IMG/VR virus record: IMGVR_UViG_638341086_000012
Coordinates: 1 to 18,720 of that record
Reading direction: 5' to 3' (one strand)
DNA length: 18,720 bases
DNA from: a virus
Taxonomy: Duplodnaviria; Heunggongvirae; Uroviricota; Caudoviricetes
The notes beneath the pieces are model-generated. The model was not told where the DNA came from, did no database searches, and was given only the letters and a program-made list of their open reading frames with translations. A program made the position numbers and the translations under genes. Shown one piece after another: positions 18,284 to 18,720 of the stretch (positions are counted from its first letter, which is position 1; each line of letters starts with the position of its first letter).

Positions 18284-18720
18284 TGGCAGAGAATGTTGCA
18301 CATATTTCGCGGTTCAGAAAAAAGAAAGAGAATGCCTATAATGTATCCAACAACCAAGTAACAGGAAGTGGTAATGATGGAGGTGATGGCATGAATGACG
18401 ACCTTGAACGGCGGGTCAGTTGCCTGGAAAGTGATGTGACTGAAATCAAAAACAACCTGATTACTCTCACCACAAGAAGCGAATCCTTTGCTACCAAATC
18501 TGATGTACTGGAGATTCGCGAAGGGTTGAGGCTTGAGATGGCAGAATCGCGCCAATCCCTGAAGTCTGAGATGGCTGATTTACGCCAGTCTCTGAAAGTT
18601 GAGATGGCTGAGCATCGTACTGAACTTCAGAAATCATTTGCAAATCAGACTTGGTTACTCACAGGTATTGTCCTGTCTGCGATGGCCGTGCTTGTGGCTG
18701 TGGTTACTGTTATTAAGTAA
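18283..18720 (+). CDS. Coiled-coil protein with a C-terminal transmembrane anchor; tentatively XhlA-like lysis-associated architecture
   Basis: ATG 18283 overlaps the upstream stop (TGATG). Three tandem 11-residue repeats (EMAESRQSLKS / EMADLRQSLKV / EMAEHRTELQK) precede the hydrophobic tail WLLTGIVLSAMAVLVAVVTVIK. Stop at 18718-18720. Confidence 0.55.
   Translation: MAENVAHISRFRKKKENAYNVSNNQVTGSGNDGGDGMNDDLERRVSCLESDVTEIKNNLITLTTRSESFATKSDVLEIREGLRLEMAESRQSLKSEMADLRQSLKVEMAEHRTELQKSFANQTWLLTGIVLSAMAVLVAVVTVIK

Overview
The window is a P2-like (peduovirus-type) prophage late/tail module in an enterobacterial chromosome, apparently a degraded remnant carrying several foreign cargo genes. All calls rest on reading the six-frame translations against remembered protein families; no database search was run. 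Left to right: a Hok-family type I toxin gene and the late activator ogr (both minus strand); a strongly AT-rich two-gene cassette of unknown function (plus strand) inserted between ogr and gpD; gpD (minus); tail sheath FI, tail tube FII, E and the E+E' frameshift product, tape measure T and gpU (plus); an AT-rich hexapeptide-repeat acetyltransferase gene with its own promoter and terminator; then on the minus strand the tail fibre assembly gene G, a macro-domain/Cys-rich gene wedged between H and G, tail fibre H, baseplate I and J, and a 3'-fragment of W. A 1258-bp IS3-family element with an AGG target duplication sits at the W truncation point, followed by two small plus-strand genes unrelated to P2 tails. 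No capsid, gpV or replication genes are present. The best candidates for an undescribed system are the AT-rich cassette at 787-3905 and the macro-domain gene at 12328-13230.
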